From Actinomycetes bacterium (GTDB taxonomy: Bacteria; Actinomycetota; JAHEXW01), in assembly GCA_023251915.1 (NCBI GenBank), contig JAHEXW010000004.1, positions 26,733-90,732 on the forward strand: 64,000 bases of DNA. The letters run 5' to 3'. The notes below the pieces were generated by a model that saw only the letters and a program-made list of their open reading frames with translations, ran no database searches and was not told the origin of the DNA. Below are positions 27,104-36,666 of the stretch, piece after piece (the first letter of the stretch is position 1; every line of letters begins with the position of its first letter). Both the position numbers and the translations under genes were made by a program.

Positions 27104-28431
27104 GCCGTGACCTCTTTTGTCTGTCCGGCTCCGCGCGAGAAATTACCGAAATAGGCGAGAAACAGCAGCGTCGTCGCATAGTAGAAATAGTTGTTGTGCG
27201 TGAACCGAGAGACTATTACAAAAACAAATATCGTGAGGGCCGCGGCCGTCAGCATGACGGACATTGTATTGTCTTTGAACTGCCGCCAAGCCATCGCGAT
27301 TGACAGCGGCAGCAGAATCACCAGATATAGCAGGGACGACGGGAAGTAGGATTGGTCCGTTTTAACCAGGCCGGAAGCCAGCGCGGCGTGGCTGATGCCC
27401 CAACCGGCGATATGCCAGCTGGCTACGGCGGAACCGTAAGGATAGCGGACGATATCGTCGAAGAAGGCGTTAAGATTCCACAGCATCATCGGCAACCCGA
27501 AGACGGCGACGATGCCTCCAAGAACTAAGCATGTCTTCGCCAACGGGGTCCAAGAGCCATCGTTTTCGCGCCACATCCTGCGGCCTTGGCCATAGAGATA
27601 CAGCAGATAGAATGGCAAAAATATGATGACGAATTGCTTCGTTAGGAGGCCTATGCCGAGGAAGATGGCGGCTGGAATGTAGCGGCGTAGGGAGGTCAGA
27701 TAGACCGCCGCGACCAGGCACGCGGTAGCGACAATGTCGTTTGTGCCATAGACAAAATAGTATATTATCTCCGGATTTAGCGCGAAGACGATCACCAAGG
27801 CGCGCCTTAGCGTCGGGGCAGCGGGCAGTTTCCACAACACCAATATGGTAAACAAATAGAACAACAGGTACAGCATTCTCAAATCGAACCAACCCAACGA
27901 TGCCTTTACAAGCAAGAAGAAGGGTATAGGCAAAAGAAACGTCAGGGGCAGGTAGACGTAATGCTTTAGAGCGGGTGACTTATGATCGAACTTAAACAGC
28001 GGTGTCTTGTAGTAGTTTTCCACGTAAGGATTTTTGCCTCGTAGAATCATATTCATGGCCGCTTCTGTCTGAACGGCCGAATCAGTTATGCATGCAGCCG
28101 GCCCGATGGAATGGCGGAGCATGATCACGGTCACCATCGGCGTTACCGCGGCGACGATAATCAGCCCGGCCAGAATGCCCGTTTTCGCTCGATGTCCCCG
28201 TTTAGGGTCGCGGACAAAGAAATCAACAGCCACGTAGCCGGCGATACCCGCCAAAACGAGAAACGAACCGATATGCAGCCAGCGGTACGCGAGCGCATTT
28301 ACTGTTTGAATATACCGGCTGTACAGCAAGGAAATGGTAAGGATAAGGACAAGCAGGACGGTGTCCAAGCCTATCGGCAATTGAGATTCGCCAGTGGCAC
28401 CCATTGTTTGGTTTTCCGATTGTTCTGTCAT
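27100..28431 (-). CDS. GT-C fold integral-membrane glycosyltransferase (DUF2029-like mannosyltransferase, tentative)
   Basis: About 11 TM. ATGA overlap with the PPM synthase gene. Start trimmed to the ATG 5 nt after GAGGA (MTEQSEN...). Confidence 0.55.
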   Translation of the reverse strand: MTEQSENQTMGATGESQLPIGLDTVLLVLILTISLLYSRYIQTVNALAYRWLHIGSFLVLAGIAGYVAVDFFVRDPKRGHRAKTGILAGLIIVAAVTPMVTVIMLRHSIGPAACITDSAVQTEAAMNMILRGKNPYVENYYKTPLFKFDHKSPALKHYVYLPLTFLLPIPFFLLVKASLGWFDLRMLYLLFYLFTILVLWKLPAAPTLRRALVIVFALNPEIIYYFVYGTNDIVATACLVAAVYLTSLRRYIPAAIFLGIGLLTKQFVIIFLPFYLLYLYGQGRRMWRENDGSWTPLAKTCLVLGGIVAVFGLPMMLWNLNAFFDDIVRYPYGSAVASWHIAGWGISHAALASGLVKTDQSYFPSSLLYLVILLPLSIAMAWRQFKDNTMSVMLTAAALTIFVFVIVSRFTHNNYFYYATTLLFLAYFGNFSRGAGQTKEVTA

Positions 28432-28554
28432 TTGATCCTCACGGCGCGGCCCCCAACGCCAGACCCATTCTAGCATTGCCTGTTTGGTCGTTGCGACCTC
28501 GCGGCGCGGTCGGCTAGACTTAAGGACGATAACGCTAAACTTCAAGGAGGCATA

Positions 28555-29163
28555 ATGAGCCCAAGATTTCGTATGGCCGCGGTCGTCGCCACCGCGGTGT
28601 CCATTCTGGCCGTGTTCGCGGTAGCGTGCGGCGGCGCAAAATCCTTCGAGACGGATAAGGCGAATACCAAAATCACGGCGGCTAACGCGGATATCGATAA
28701 ATATAACGCCGTCCAAAAGACGATTGATTCAGACCAGGCGAAAATTAACGCCATGCCGGGAACACCCGAGGGTTTTGGCCAAATGACGCCATTTCTGACA
28801 GACATCGACACCAAGTTAAAGGAACAGAAGACCGACCTCGGAAAGGCAATCAAGGAATTTGAGGCCGGCAAGGCGCTGTACATACCGGGTGACTTCAAAA
28901 CGTATTTCCAGATGCTCATCGATGTCGCTAAAAAGCAGGAGGAGTCAATCGATCTGACGGCCCTGGCAAACCGGGAATACATAACAACATCGCAGACCAT
29001 GGTTGCCGGAACCGCCACTGAAGAAAGCTTAAGCGCAATCAAGGTCAAGGTAGACGATTTGGAGACTCGCGCCAAGAAAGCCGCCGACGATGCGCTGGCG
29101 CTAAAGGCAAAAGCGGATAAGTTCTACAAAGACCGCGCGTTGGCAAGCGGCGGCAACAAATAG
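28555..29163 (+). CDS. hypothetical lipoprotein (helical, Lys/Ala/Asp-rich)
   Basis: Lipobox AVACGG. AGGAGG RBS. Confidence 0.55.
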   Translation: MSPRFRMAAVVATAVSILAVFAVACGGAKSFETDKANTKITAANADIDKYNAVQKTIDSDQAKINAMPGTPEGFGQMTPFLTDIDTKLKEQKTDLGKAIKEFEAGKALYIPGDFKTYFQMLIDVAKKQEESIDLTALANREYITTSQTMVAGTATEESLSAIKVKVDDLETRAKKAADDALALKAKADKFYKDRALASGGNK

Positions 29164-29181
29164 CGTGATTGTGAGAGGCAT

Positions 29182-29892
29182 GTGTCAATAGAGGTTGAGA
29201 TCCGCCGCACGAACCGGCAGAAGAGCGTCGCGTTCGAGGTGCGGTTGCCTAATACAATGATCGTGTCGGCACCGCGCCGCCTGCCGGCCGGCACGATTCG
29301 GCAGCTGGCGGAAGAACGCCTGGAATGGGCCGCTAAACGCCTGCGCGCCATCGAGACCGCTTACGCGAGACATGGGTTGCCGAAACGATTTTCGGGCGGT
29401 GAGACCTTCTCATATCTGGGGCAAGACATTCTCCTAACGATAATTGTCGCGACCGGGTCGACTCGCAGCCGCGTTGAGCTAACCGGCGAACGTCTGCTGA
29501 TAACGATCAGAGCGGTTCCGGAAGAGGCTCAAGCGGACCTCGTTCGGGCGGCCCTCTTGAAATGGTACAAATCGGCCGCCAGCCAATGCTTGGACGCGGC
29601 TGTTGAACGGTGGGCGCCGGTTGTCGGCGCGCAGCCGAAGGCCGTCAAGGTCAGAAACCAGAGGCGCCGTTGGGGCAGCTGTTCGCATGACGGCAGCCTC
29701 AATTTTAACTGGCGCCTCGTGATGGCGCCGGCGGACATTCTCGATTACGTCGTTGTGCACGAATTGTGTCACTTGCGTGAACCAAACCACTCGAAACGTT
29801 ATTGGGACCTGGTGGCGCGCGCTATGCCGGAACACGCGCAACACCGCAAATGGCTGAAAGATAACGCGGTCCTCCTGGAATCTTGCGTATAA
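29182..29892 (+). CDS. YgjP/DUF45-family (M48-like, SprT-like) zinc metallopeptidase
   Basis: HELCHLREPNHS (HExxH) preceded by WGSCS..., typical of DUF45. GTG start. Confidence 0.65.
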   Translation: MSIEVEIRRTNRQKSVAFEVRLPNTMIVSAPRRLPAGTIRQLAEERLEWAAKRLRAIETAYARHGLPKRFSGGETFSYLGQDILLTIIVATGSTRSRVELTGERLLITIRAVPEEAQADLVRAALLKWYKSAASQCLDAAVERWAPVVGAQPKAVKVRNQRRRWGSCSHDGSLNFNWRLVMAPADILDYVVVHELCHLREPNHSKRYWDLVARAMPEHAQHRKWLKDNAVLLESCV

Positions 29893-29982
29893 GCCCTGAT
29901 TTTTAAAGCGCCGCAATAGAATGGTCGAAGAAAGATATAATAGCGATGGACGGCGCAAACCTAGAAAGGCGGGCTTTAGATC

Positions 29983-32121
29983 GTGATCAGACACGGCACG
30001 AATAGATCTCTGTGGACAGGCATTGGCCTCGCCGTTTTTGCTTTAGGCTACCTGGCTGTCTCCTACCTGCCCGTTTCATACCCGCTAAGGTACGTGACCC
30101 AGGGAGTTTACTTCTTAGCGGGATTGTTCACCGCCGCCGCTGTCACCGGATACGCCTTATTCCGGGCTACGCGCACCAACCGGTTCTTCTGGCTGGCCGT
30201 ATTCGGCGGGACGGTAATGTTCTTGGTTGCCGAGGCTTATTGGGTGTCATACGACATGCTGGCCGGCGGCGCCGCCGCGCCGCCTCATCCTTCCTTTACC
30301 GATATCGCCAACATCATCGGCTATATTTTCCTCTATATCGCGGTCATCTCAATGGCCCGGTTCAGCCGGTCCAACGCGGTCAGTAAGGCTCGCTACTTAA
30401 CAGACACCCTTATCGTCATCCTCTTTACGACCATTATCTACTGGGCGCTGATTCTGCAACCTATGCTGGCGGATACGAATCATAAGCTTGTCGACACGGT
30501 CTTTACCTCCCTCTATCAGCTCTTAGACATCGGTTTGCTGTTTGGCATCTTGGCCAATCTCTTTGGTTTCAAGGTCAGGAACTGGCGAGCATGGGAAGGC
30601 TACGTGGCCGGCGGGGTTGTCTTACATAGTGTCGCTGATTTCGGGTTCGCGATCCTCCAGGTCAACGGAACCTACAACATTGGTAACTTGTGGGCTAACA
30701 TGACCGACATCACCTGGCTGGCGGGGTATTTTTGCTTCGCTGTCGCGGGCATCATCTTCATGCGTAAGACCGAGGCGTTATCGACAGACGACGCCGGGGC
30801 GGAGACCCTGCGCGCTATCTCCAAGTGGCAAGAAGTCGTTGTCGTTGCTGTAATCGCGATCGGATTGCCGTTCTATGTTTTGCTCGGATTGAACGCCACC
30901 CTAGTCTCGGAGCGGTGGGTGTTTTCTATCACCGGCGTGGTCGCAATCGCCCTGGCCGTGCTCTGGGGGATATTAGTTATCCAAGAGAATAACCAGCTAT
31001 TGTCGGGTACCGTAATCGACCCAATTTCAGGTCTCTTTAACGCCGAATTCTATCGAGACCGCCTGGAAGCCGAGCTTAGCCGGGCAAAACGTTTTTCGGA
31101 GACACTGTGCGTGGTAATAATCGATATCAACGGTCTGGGTCAGGTCAACAACGTGTTCGGGTATACAGCCGGCGACCAGGTCTTGGCGGATCTGGGCGGA
31201 ATCATTAGGAAGGTTGTCCGTCTATCCGATGTTGCTTGCCGGGTCGGCGGCGATGAGTTCGGCCTGATCTTGCCAGAATCGGACAAACGAGAAGCTCTCA
31301 AATTATGTCACCTGATTCAGGCTGACCTGGTTGACAAACGAGGACCGGGAGAGCCGGACGTCACTTTGGCGTGGGGCATTGCCGGCTTCCCCCAAGATGC
31401 GACAGACAGCGTTGGCCTGATGAAGACGGCCGATAATGCCGTCTACTGGCATAAATTCTATGACAACACTCAGGTTTGCATGATAGACGAACAGGCGCCG
31501 CCGGCGATGTTTGATGAAGTAGACCGGAAGAACGAGGAAAAAGCCTATTTGAAAGCCATCATGGCCATGGCGGCCGCTGTTGACGCTCGCGATCCGTTTA
31601 CGAGGTTTCATTCTAAGAATGTGGCGCGCTATGCTCGCTTGCTCGCTGAGGAAATGGGGTTGCCGGACGAGCGGGTCAAGCTGGTCGAAACGGCCGCGCT
31701 GGTGCATGACGTCGGCAAGATAGGCATTCCCGATAAGATTCTGCGGAAGCCAGAGCCTTTGAGCGCGGAGGACCGCGTCTGGGTCAGAGAGCACCCGGCG
31801 CTGGGACAAAGAATGCTGGCCGCGTCAACCGTACCGGACATACTGCCCTGGATCGCGGCGCATCACGAACATTGGGACGGCGACGGTTATCCGGCCGGTC
31901 TTAAGGGTGAGCAGATACCGCTGGAGGCGGCCATTCTATCGGTTTGCGACGCCTACGAGGCGATGACGTCGGAACGTTCTTATCGCCCCGCGATGACGCA
32001 AGAGAGAGCGTTGCTGGAGATTGAGATCAACGCCAGTGTGATGTACCATCCCGTGGTCGCGCAGATGTTTGTCGGCATGATCAAGACACAAGCGGTGTCA
32101 GACCCGTCTACTAAAGCCTAG
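29983..32121 (+). CDS. membrane sensor with GGDEF diguanylate cyclase plus HD-GYP phosphodiesterase domains
   Basis: About 9 N-terminal TM. GGDEF intact (RVGGDEFGLIL). HD-GYP: HDVGKIGIP ... HHEHWDGDGYP. GTG start. Confidence 0.8.
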   Translation: MIRHGTNRSLWTGIGLAVFALGYLAVSYLPVSYPLRYVTQGVYFLAGLFTAAAVTGYALFRATRTNRFFWLAVFGGTVMFLVAEAYWVSYDMLAGGAAAPPHPSFTDIANIIGYIFLYIAVISMARFSRSNAVSKARYLTDTLIVILFTTIIYWALILQPMLADTNHKLVDTVFTSLYQLLDIGLLFGILANLFGFKVRNWRAWEGYVAGGVVLHSVADFGFAILQVNGTYNIGNLWANMTDITWLAGYFCFAVAGIIFMRKTEALSTDDAGAETLRAISKWQEVVVVAVIAIGLPFYVLLGLNATLVSERWVFSITGVVAIALAVLWGILVIQENNQLLSGTVIDPISGLFNAEFYRDRLEAELSRAKRFSETLCVVIIDINGLGQVNNVFGYTAGDQVLADLGGIIRKVVRLSDVACRVGGDEFGLILPESDKREALKLCHLIQADLVDKRGPGEPDVTLAWGIAGFPQDATDSVGLMKTADNAVYWHKFYDNTQVCMIDEQAPPAMFDEVDRKNEEKAYLKAIMAMAAAVDARDPFTRFHSKNVARYARLLAEEMGLPDERVKLVETAALVHDVGKIGIPDKILRKPEPLSAEDRVWVREHPALGQRMLAASTVPDILPWIAAHHEHWDGDGYPAGLKGEQIPLEAAILSVCDAYEAMTSERSYRPAMTQERALLEIEINASVMYHPVVAQMFVGMIKTQAVSDPSTKA

Positions 32122-32435
32122 TCCTCACCAACCGCCGGCCGGCGGAGCAGATTGCTGATATCCCTGAACAGATTCGAAGTCGGTTCGGCGACGACGCGTC
32201 CGATCGGGTGGCGCAGCCTGGCCCCCAAGAGCTGGCCGGTGAAGAACGCCAGAACAGATACCGGCAGGATCAGAAAACCGTAGCCGAATTCCCACCTCAT
32301 CAAGACGATAAAGGGTACGGTCGTGTGAACGGCCAGGATCCAATCGAGAGTGAATTTCTGTGTATTGCCTCGCCAGTAACCGAAAGGGATGTTCATCCCG
32401 AAAACCAGGCAGACATAAAGCAGTAGCTTAAGCAT
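32118..32435 (-). CDS. hypothetical small membrane protein
   Basis: 105 aa, 3 TM. Tail-to-tail 4-bp overlap with the sensor gene. Confidence 0.4.
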   Translation of the reverse strand: MLKLLLYVCLVFGMNIPFGYWRGNTQKFTLDWILAVHTTVPFIVLMRWEFGYGFLILPVSVLAFFTGQLLGARLRHPIGRVVAEPTSNLFRDISNLLRRPAVGED

Positions 32436-32507
32436 TATTTAATTGTAACACGCGCCGTCCGGGCGACCATTCTATCGAAGCAAGACGGCATGATATAATC
32501 AAGAATA

Positions 32508-33386
32508 ATGAATGACCCGCAAAACACCTACGAAGAGCCAAGTCCAGAAGAAGGCCGCCAGCGTTCGGGCACGAGGAAGCTGGTAAAGTATTCCAGCATG
32601 ACCGGTACGATTGTTCTCGCTATCCTGGCTTTGCTGATTGTGCCCAACCTGGTTGCATTCTCACCCGCCTATTGCGGCACCTGTCACGTTGATCAATACG
32701 CGGCTTGGACGCATGCGACACACAAAAACGTTACCTGCACCGATTGTCACATTCCCCGCGACACCTGGAGCGCTTTCAAGGCCCGGATCGGCATGTTGGA
32801 CAAGCTGGTTTATCTGACGGGCATGTACGCGACAAAACACAACGTTTTGGGCTTCGAGGCCGTGCCGCAAGACAACAACTGCAATTTCTGCCACAAAGCA
32901 AAGCGAAGCGTTACCCCGGCCGGAGATCTGATAATTCCGCACGCGTCTCATACGAAGCTACAGAAACTAAGGTGTGCCCAGTGCCACAAAGAGTTAGTGC
33001 ATAGCGCCGCGGCTAAGAATGGCCACAAGCCGTCAATGATCGGATGCTATCGTTGTCATGACGGCAAGACGGCGCCGAACAGCTGCAGCGTTTGTCATAC
33101 GGAGAAGGCGCTGCCGCCGGACCACAGGGCGGCGGATTGGCTAAGAACCCACAGTGACGTCCAAAAACGCGACCCGTCCTATTGTGACGGATGCCACGGC
33201 TGGGTAGCGGACTATTGTACGGAGTGCCATAAGCGCAAGCCCCGCAGTCATGACAAGACTTGGCCCCGAGCGCATCAGGGGCTAATGGCGACTGATCGGA
33301 AAGAGGGCTGCGCGAAATGTCACGGGACACAGAAGTGCCAAAGCTGTCACACCAAGACTACTAAGTTAGCGCCGCCGAAGGTATAG
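32508..33386 (+). CDS. membrane-anchored decahaem c-type cytochrome
   Basis: Ten CxxCH motifs (CGTCH, CTDCH, CNFCH, CAQCH, CYRCH, CSVCH, CDGCH, CTECH, CAKCH, CQSCH) in 292 aa. One N-terminal TM helix. Confidence 0.8.
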   Translation: MNDPQNTYEEPSPEEGRQRSGTRKLVKYSSMTGTIVLAILALLIVPNLVAFSPAYCGTCHVDQYAAWTHATHKNVTCTDCHIPRDTWSAFKARIGMLDKLVYLTGMYATKHNVLGFEAVPQDNNCNFCHKAKRSVTPAGDLIIPHASHTKLQKLRCAQCHKELVHSAAAKNGHKPSMIGCYRCHDGKTAPNSCSVCHTEKALPPDHRAADWLRTHSDVQKRDPSYCDGCHGWVADYCTECHKRKPRSHDKTWPRAHQGLMATDRKEGCAKCHGTQKCQSCHTKTTKLAPPKV

Positions 33387-33393
33387 TGTCTGG

Positions 33394-33801
33394 CTAGGTA
33401 ACCTTAATTGTAAAGGTCAGTGATTTTAGCGGCACGACGTCGGTTTCCCAGGGTTTCCCCAAATTCAACTTGATCTTAGTCTCACCCTGCTCCAGCGCCT
33501 TATAAATCCACGTGTGTTCACCCGGTGCGCCCGCCTTATCAGATGTCGACGCGTAGTATTGGTCGCTGACTTTCTCGACGACCCGCGTGTCCATGCCGTC
33601 CGCCTGGGACCAAACATAGCCGGTCGATTCGTCAGACTCCAGAACGATGTTGATTTCGTCGCCGGCTTTTAACTCGATTGTACTGCCCGAGTTTGCCTCG
33701 GTATATTTCTTGACAGCGCCTCCGCCGCAACCTGCAAGTACGATTGCCAACAACAGCAAAACAAGCCCTGTCGCCAAATGACTAAGTCTTTTGATGCTCA
33801 T
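33394..33801 (-). CDS. chagasin-family (MEROPS I42) cysteine-protease inhibitor lipoprotein
   Basis: Lipobox LAGCGG. STGYVW, GAPGEHTW and KPWE match the I42 NPTTGY / GAPG / RPW loops. Start trimmed to MSIKRL. Confidence 0.65.
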   Translation of the reverse strand: MSIKRLSHLATGLVLLLLAIVLAGCGGGAVKKYTEANSGSTIELKAGDEINIVLESDESTGYVWSQADGMDTRVVEKVSDQYYASTSDKAGAPGEHTWIYKALEQGETKIKLNLGKPWETDVVPLKSLTFTIKVT

Positions 33802-33958
33802 GAAAGCTCTCCCTTCGATGTAAGATTGCGCCGTAACGGTTACAAGCATATATTAATCAGAAATGCTTGTGCAACACCTCACGAGACCGGAGCAATTTGC
33901 GCAAAGCGATTGGTTCCCCCTAGAATGAACTATCAGCCTAAAGGCAAGAAAGGCGGTT

Positions 33959-34861
33959 ATGGAAAGTCTCCTGAGCTTCGGGCTCGAGATAATCAGATTT
34001 GTCCAACAAATTCATGGTCCGCACCTCGATTCTTTCTTTCGCGCTGTAACGTCGTTGGGCGGAGGCGAGATATACATCCTGCTTCTGCCGGTGTTCTTTT
34101 GGTGTGTTGACACCGGACTGGGAGCGCACGCGGGCTTCATTTTCTTGATTTCCAGCTACGTGGCCAACGGTCTCAAGGATTTATGGCAGCAACCGCGGCC
34201 GTTCCAGATCGATCCAACGGTTAAGCTAGCCGATGCCGCCGGCTATGGCCTGCCAAGCTTCCATGCCCTGGAGGCAACCGTCATGTGGGGAATATTCGCC
34301 ATCTGGTTAAAGAAGCCCTGGTTTTGGGTGCTGGCCGTGACCATGATGCTGCTGATCGGGTTTTCTCGTATCTATTTAGGCGTTCATTTTCCGACTGACA
34401 TTCTGGCGGGTTACGCTATCGGCGCGCTGTTTCTGTGGATGTACGTAACGGGAGGCCACACTTTCGAGCGGTGGCTGAAAGCACTGCCCTTTAAATGGCA
34501 GGTCGGCCTGTCATTCGCCGTACCGCTTGTCCTGGCGATCAGCCACCCGACCGATGACGTCATCCTGATCATGTCGGCATTCAGCGGTTTCTGCCTCGGC
34601 CTAGCCTGTCTTTACCGTTACTTTTCCTTCAGCGCGGCCGGACCGATCTGGCAGCGCGTAGCCCGCTTCATTGTTGGCGATATCGCCATATTGTTGCTCT
34701 ACGCCGCGCCGCGCCTGTTGGGCTTCGTCAACAACCCGGGCGCACTTCATTCCCCATTACGGTACCTGCACTACGGTGCTATCGGCGTCTGGATCACATT
34801 TGGCGGTCCTTGGCTGTTCCTGAAGCTGAAACTGGCGGGTCCGGCCCTTAAGGAGGCCTAA
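33959..34861 (+). CDS. PAP2-family phosphatase (membrane)
   Basis: KDLWQQPRP, PSFHAL, SRIYLGVHFPTDILAG: the three PAP2 motifs. Confidence 0.8.
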   Translation: MESLLSFGLEIIRFVQQIHGPHLDSFFRAVTSLGGGEIYILLLPVFFWCVDTGLGAHAGFIFLISSYVANGLKDLWQQPRPFQIDPTVKLADAAGYGLPSFHALEATVMWGIFAIWLKKPWFWVLAVTMMLLIGFSRIYLGVHFPTDILAGYAIGALFLWMYVTGGHTFERWLKALPFKWQVGLSFAVPLVLAISHPTDDVILIMSAFSGFCLGLACLYRYFSFSAAGPIWQRVARFIVGDIAILLLYAAPRLLGFVNNPGALHSPLRYLHYGAIGVWITFGGPWLFLKLKLAGPALKEA

Positions 34862-34862
34862 G

Positions 34863-35603
34863 GTGCCAAAAAGAAACCAGCTGGTGTGGTTTGCTGTTGC
34901 CTTGTTGGCTGCGTCCGCAGCTCTGTACACAATTCACTTTCTGATATTCCGCAGCCTCTCTCATATCCTCATTTACGGACTGGGCGAACTGGCATTTCTC
35001 CCTATTGAAGTGCTGATCGTGTCTCTCGTTATCGAGCGGTTGTTGACGGCCAGCGAACACCGGGCGATGCTCAACAAACTGAATATGGTTATTGGTGCCT
35101 TCTTCAGCGAAGTCGGCACCGAATTCATGCGTCGCATCTTCCTATTGGACCAGAACTTCGAACACATCAGCCAAAGTTTCCAAGTCACCCCGGATTGGCC
35201 AAACAAGAGGTTCGACACGACAGCCAACCAGGTTGCCGGCCTTGACTTCCGGATCAGGGTTGACTGCCCCGCGCTGGCTAGTCTGCAAGAATTCCTTGTA
35301 GGAAAGCGGGAGTTTATGTTGCGGCTTCTGGAAAACCCGAACCTTTTGGAGCACGAGTCTTTCAGCGAACTGTTGTGGGCGGTTTTCCATCTAACCGAGG
35401 AGCTGGAAGCGCGCAGTGACGTGTCGTGCCTGTCCGCCGCGGATCGAGACCACCTGGAAATCGACGCTAAACGGGCTTATGTCGCGGTGCTGACTGAATG
35501 GGTGAGATACATGAAACACCTTAAGACAGCGTACCCGTATCTGTTTGCCATGGCCGTGCGGATGAATCCGTTCAACCCGGCCGCGCGAGCCGAACTGCCT
35601 TAG
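34863..35603 (+). CDS. hypothetical membrane protein (2 N-terminal TM plus cytoplasmic domain)
   Basis: GTG start 6 nt after AAGGAGG. No family recognised. Confidence 0.5.
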   Translation: MPKRNQLVWFAVALLAASAALYTIHFLIFRSLSHILIYGLGELAFLPIEVLIVSLVIERLLTASEHRAMLNKLNMVIGAFFSEVGTEFMRRIFLLDQNFEHISQSFQVTPDWPNKRFDTTANQVAGLDFRIRVDCPALASLQEFLVGKREFMLRLLENPNLLEHESFSELLWAVFHLTEELEARSDVSCLSAADRDHLEIDAKRAYVAVLTEWVRYMKHLKTAYPYLFAMAVRMNPFNPAARAELP

Positions 35604-35662
35604 CGCTTGCACCGAGCATCTCCCTCAGTCTAGTATATAAACATAAGTTTATATATGGAGGA

Positions 35663-36151
35663 TTGTTGACCGCTACCTATAACCTAATCCTGCTCATAGT
35701 GTGCGCCCTTGGCCTGGGATGGTCCGCGGCTAAAAGTCCGGCTAAAACCAGGCAGGCTCTGCGCGTGGGTGGCCGCCAGTTTCTAAATGTCTTGCCGTTT
35801 TTGGTTGCCGTGTTCGTCCTGATCGGCGTCCTAGAGGTATTCGTGCCGCAGCGAATTGTCAGCCTCCTCATGGGCAGCGCTAGAGGCGTCTTGGCTCCGC
35901 TCTTTGCCTCAATTATTGGCGGCGTCATGTCAGGGCCGCCAGCCGCTTCGTATCCCATGGCTCAGTTTTTGCTGCGGCAGCATGCCGGTTTGGGCGCGGT
36001 CGCGACATTTCTTATCGCTTGGGTGGCTGTGGGGACGATTTCATTGCCCGTCGAGATCAAACTCTTGGGAGCGCGATTTGCTTGGACCCGTTGGGGGCTA
36101 ACGCTGATCTTTTCCATTATTTGCGGCGTCTTTATCGGATGGTTGTTATGA
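35663..36151 (+). CDS. DUF318-type permease, N-terminal half subunit
   Basis: TTG start after GGAGGA. 5 TM. Pairs with the next gene. Confidence 0.55.
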   Translation: MLTATYNLILLIVCALGLGWSAAKSPAKTRQALRVGGRQFLNVLPFLVAVFVLIGVLEVFVPQRIVSLLMGSARGVLAPLFASIIGGVMSGPPAASYPMAQFLLRQHAGLGAVATFLIAWVAVGTISLPVEIKLLGARFAWTRWGLTLIFSIICGVFIGWLL

Positions 36152-36666
36152 AAATGCGTCAATGGTTGACGGGTAACTGGCTGGTAGTTGTCATAGCGGC
36201 TCTGTTTATCGGTCTGGTTGCGTATAATGCGGCGGGCGCCGGGCGTGCGTTGGTTATCGGGGGGCAGACCATGGCCGGGATAGCGGTAATTCTGCTGACG
36301 GTCTTCATCTTTATGGGTCTATTTACCGTCTGGGTAAAGGAAGAGTCGATTGCGCGTCACTTGGGCGAGGAATCCGGGATAAAGGGATTACTTTACGGCA
36401 CCTTGATTGGAACCATCTTTCACGGCCCCCAGGTAAGTATCTTCCCGTTTCTGCGGTCTATGCGGGACAAAGGGGCGCGCCGCGGGGTACTCGTGGCGAT
36501 CGTCAGCGCGTTTTCCATCAAGATTCCGATGATACCGCTGGAGTTGGCATTAATGGGCGCTAAGTTTACGGTCGTCCACAATGTCCTGTTGTTTCTAACG
36601 GCCCCGATACTTGCGGTGATTATGGACGCGCTTCTACGCGAACGCCACGTGCCGTCGAGTAATTAG
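36148..36666 (+). CDS. DUF318-type permease, C-terminal half subunit
   Basis: ATGA overlap with the previous gene. 5 TM. Confidence 0.55.
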   Translation: MKMRQWLTGNWLVVVIAALFIGLVAYNAAGAGRALVIGGQTMAGIAVILLTVFIFMGLFTVWVKEESIARHLGEESGIKGLLYGTLIGTIFHGPQVSIFPFLRSMRDKGARRGVLVAIVSAFSIKIPMIPLELALMGAKFTVVHNVLLFLTAPILAVIMDALLRERHVPSSN

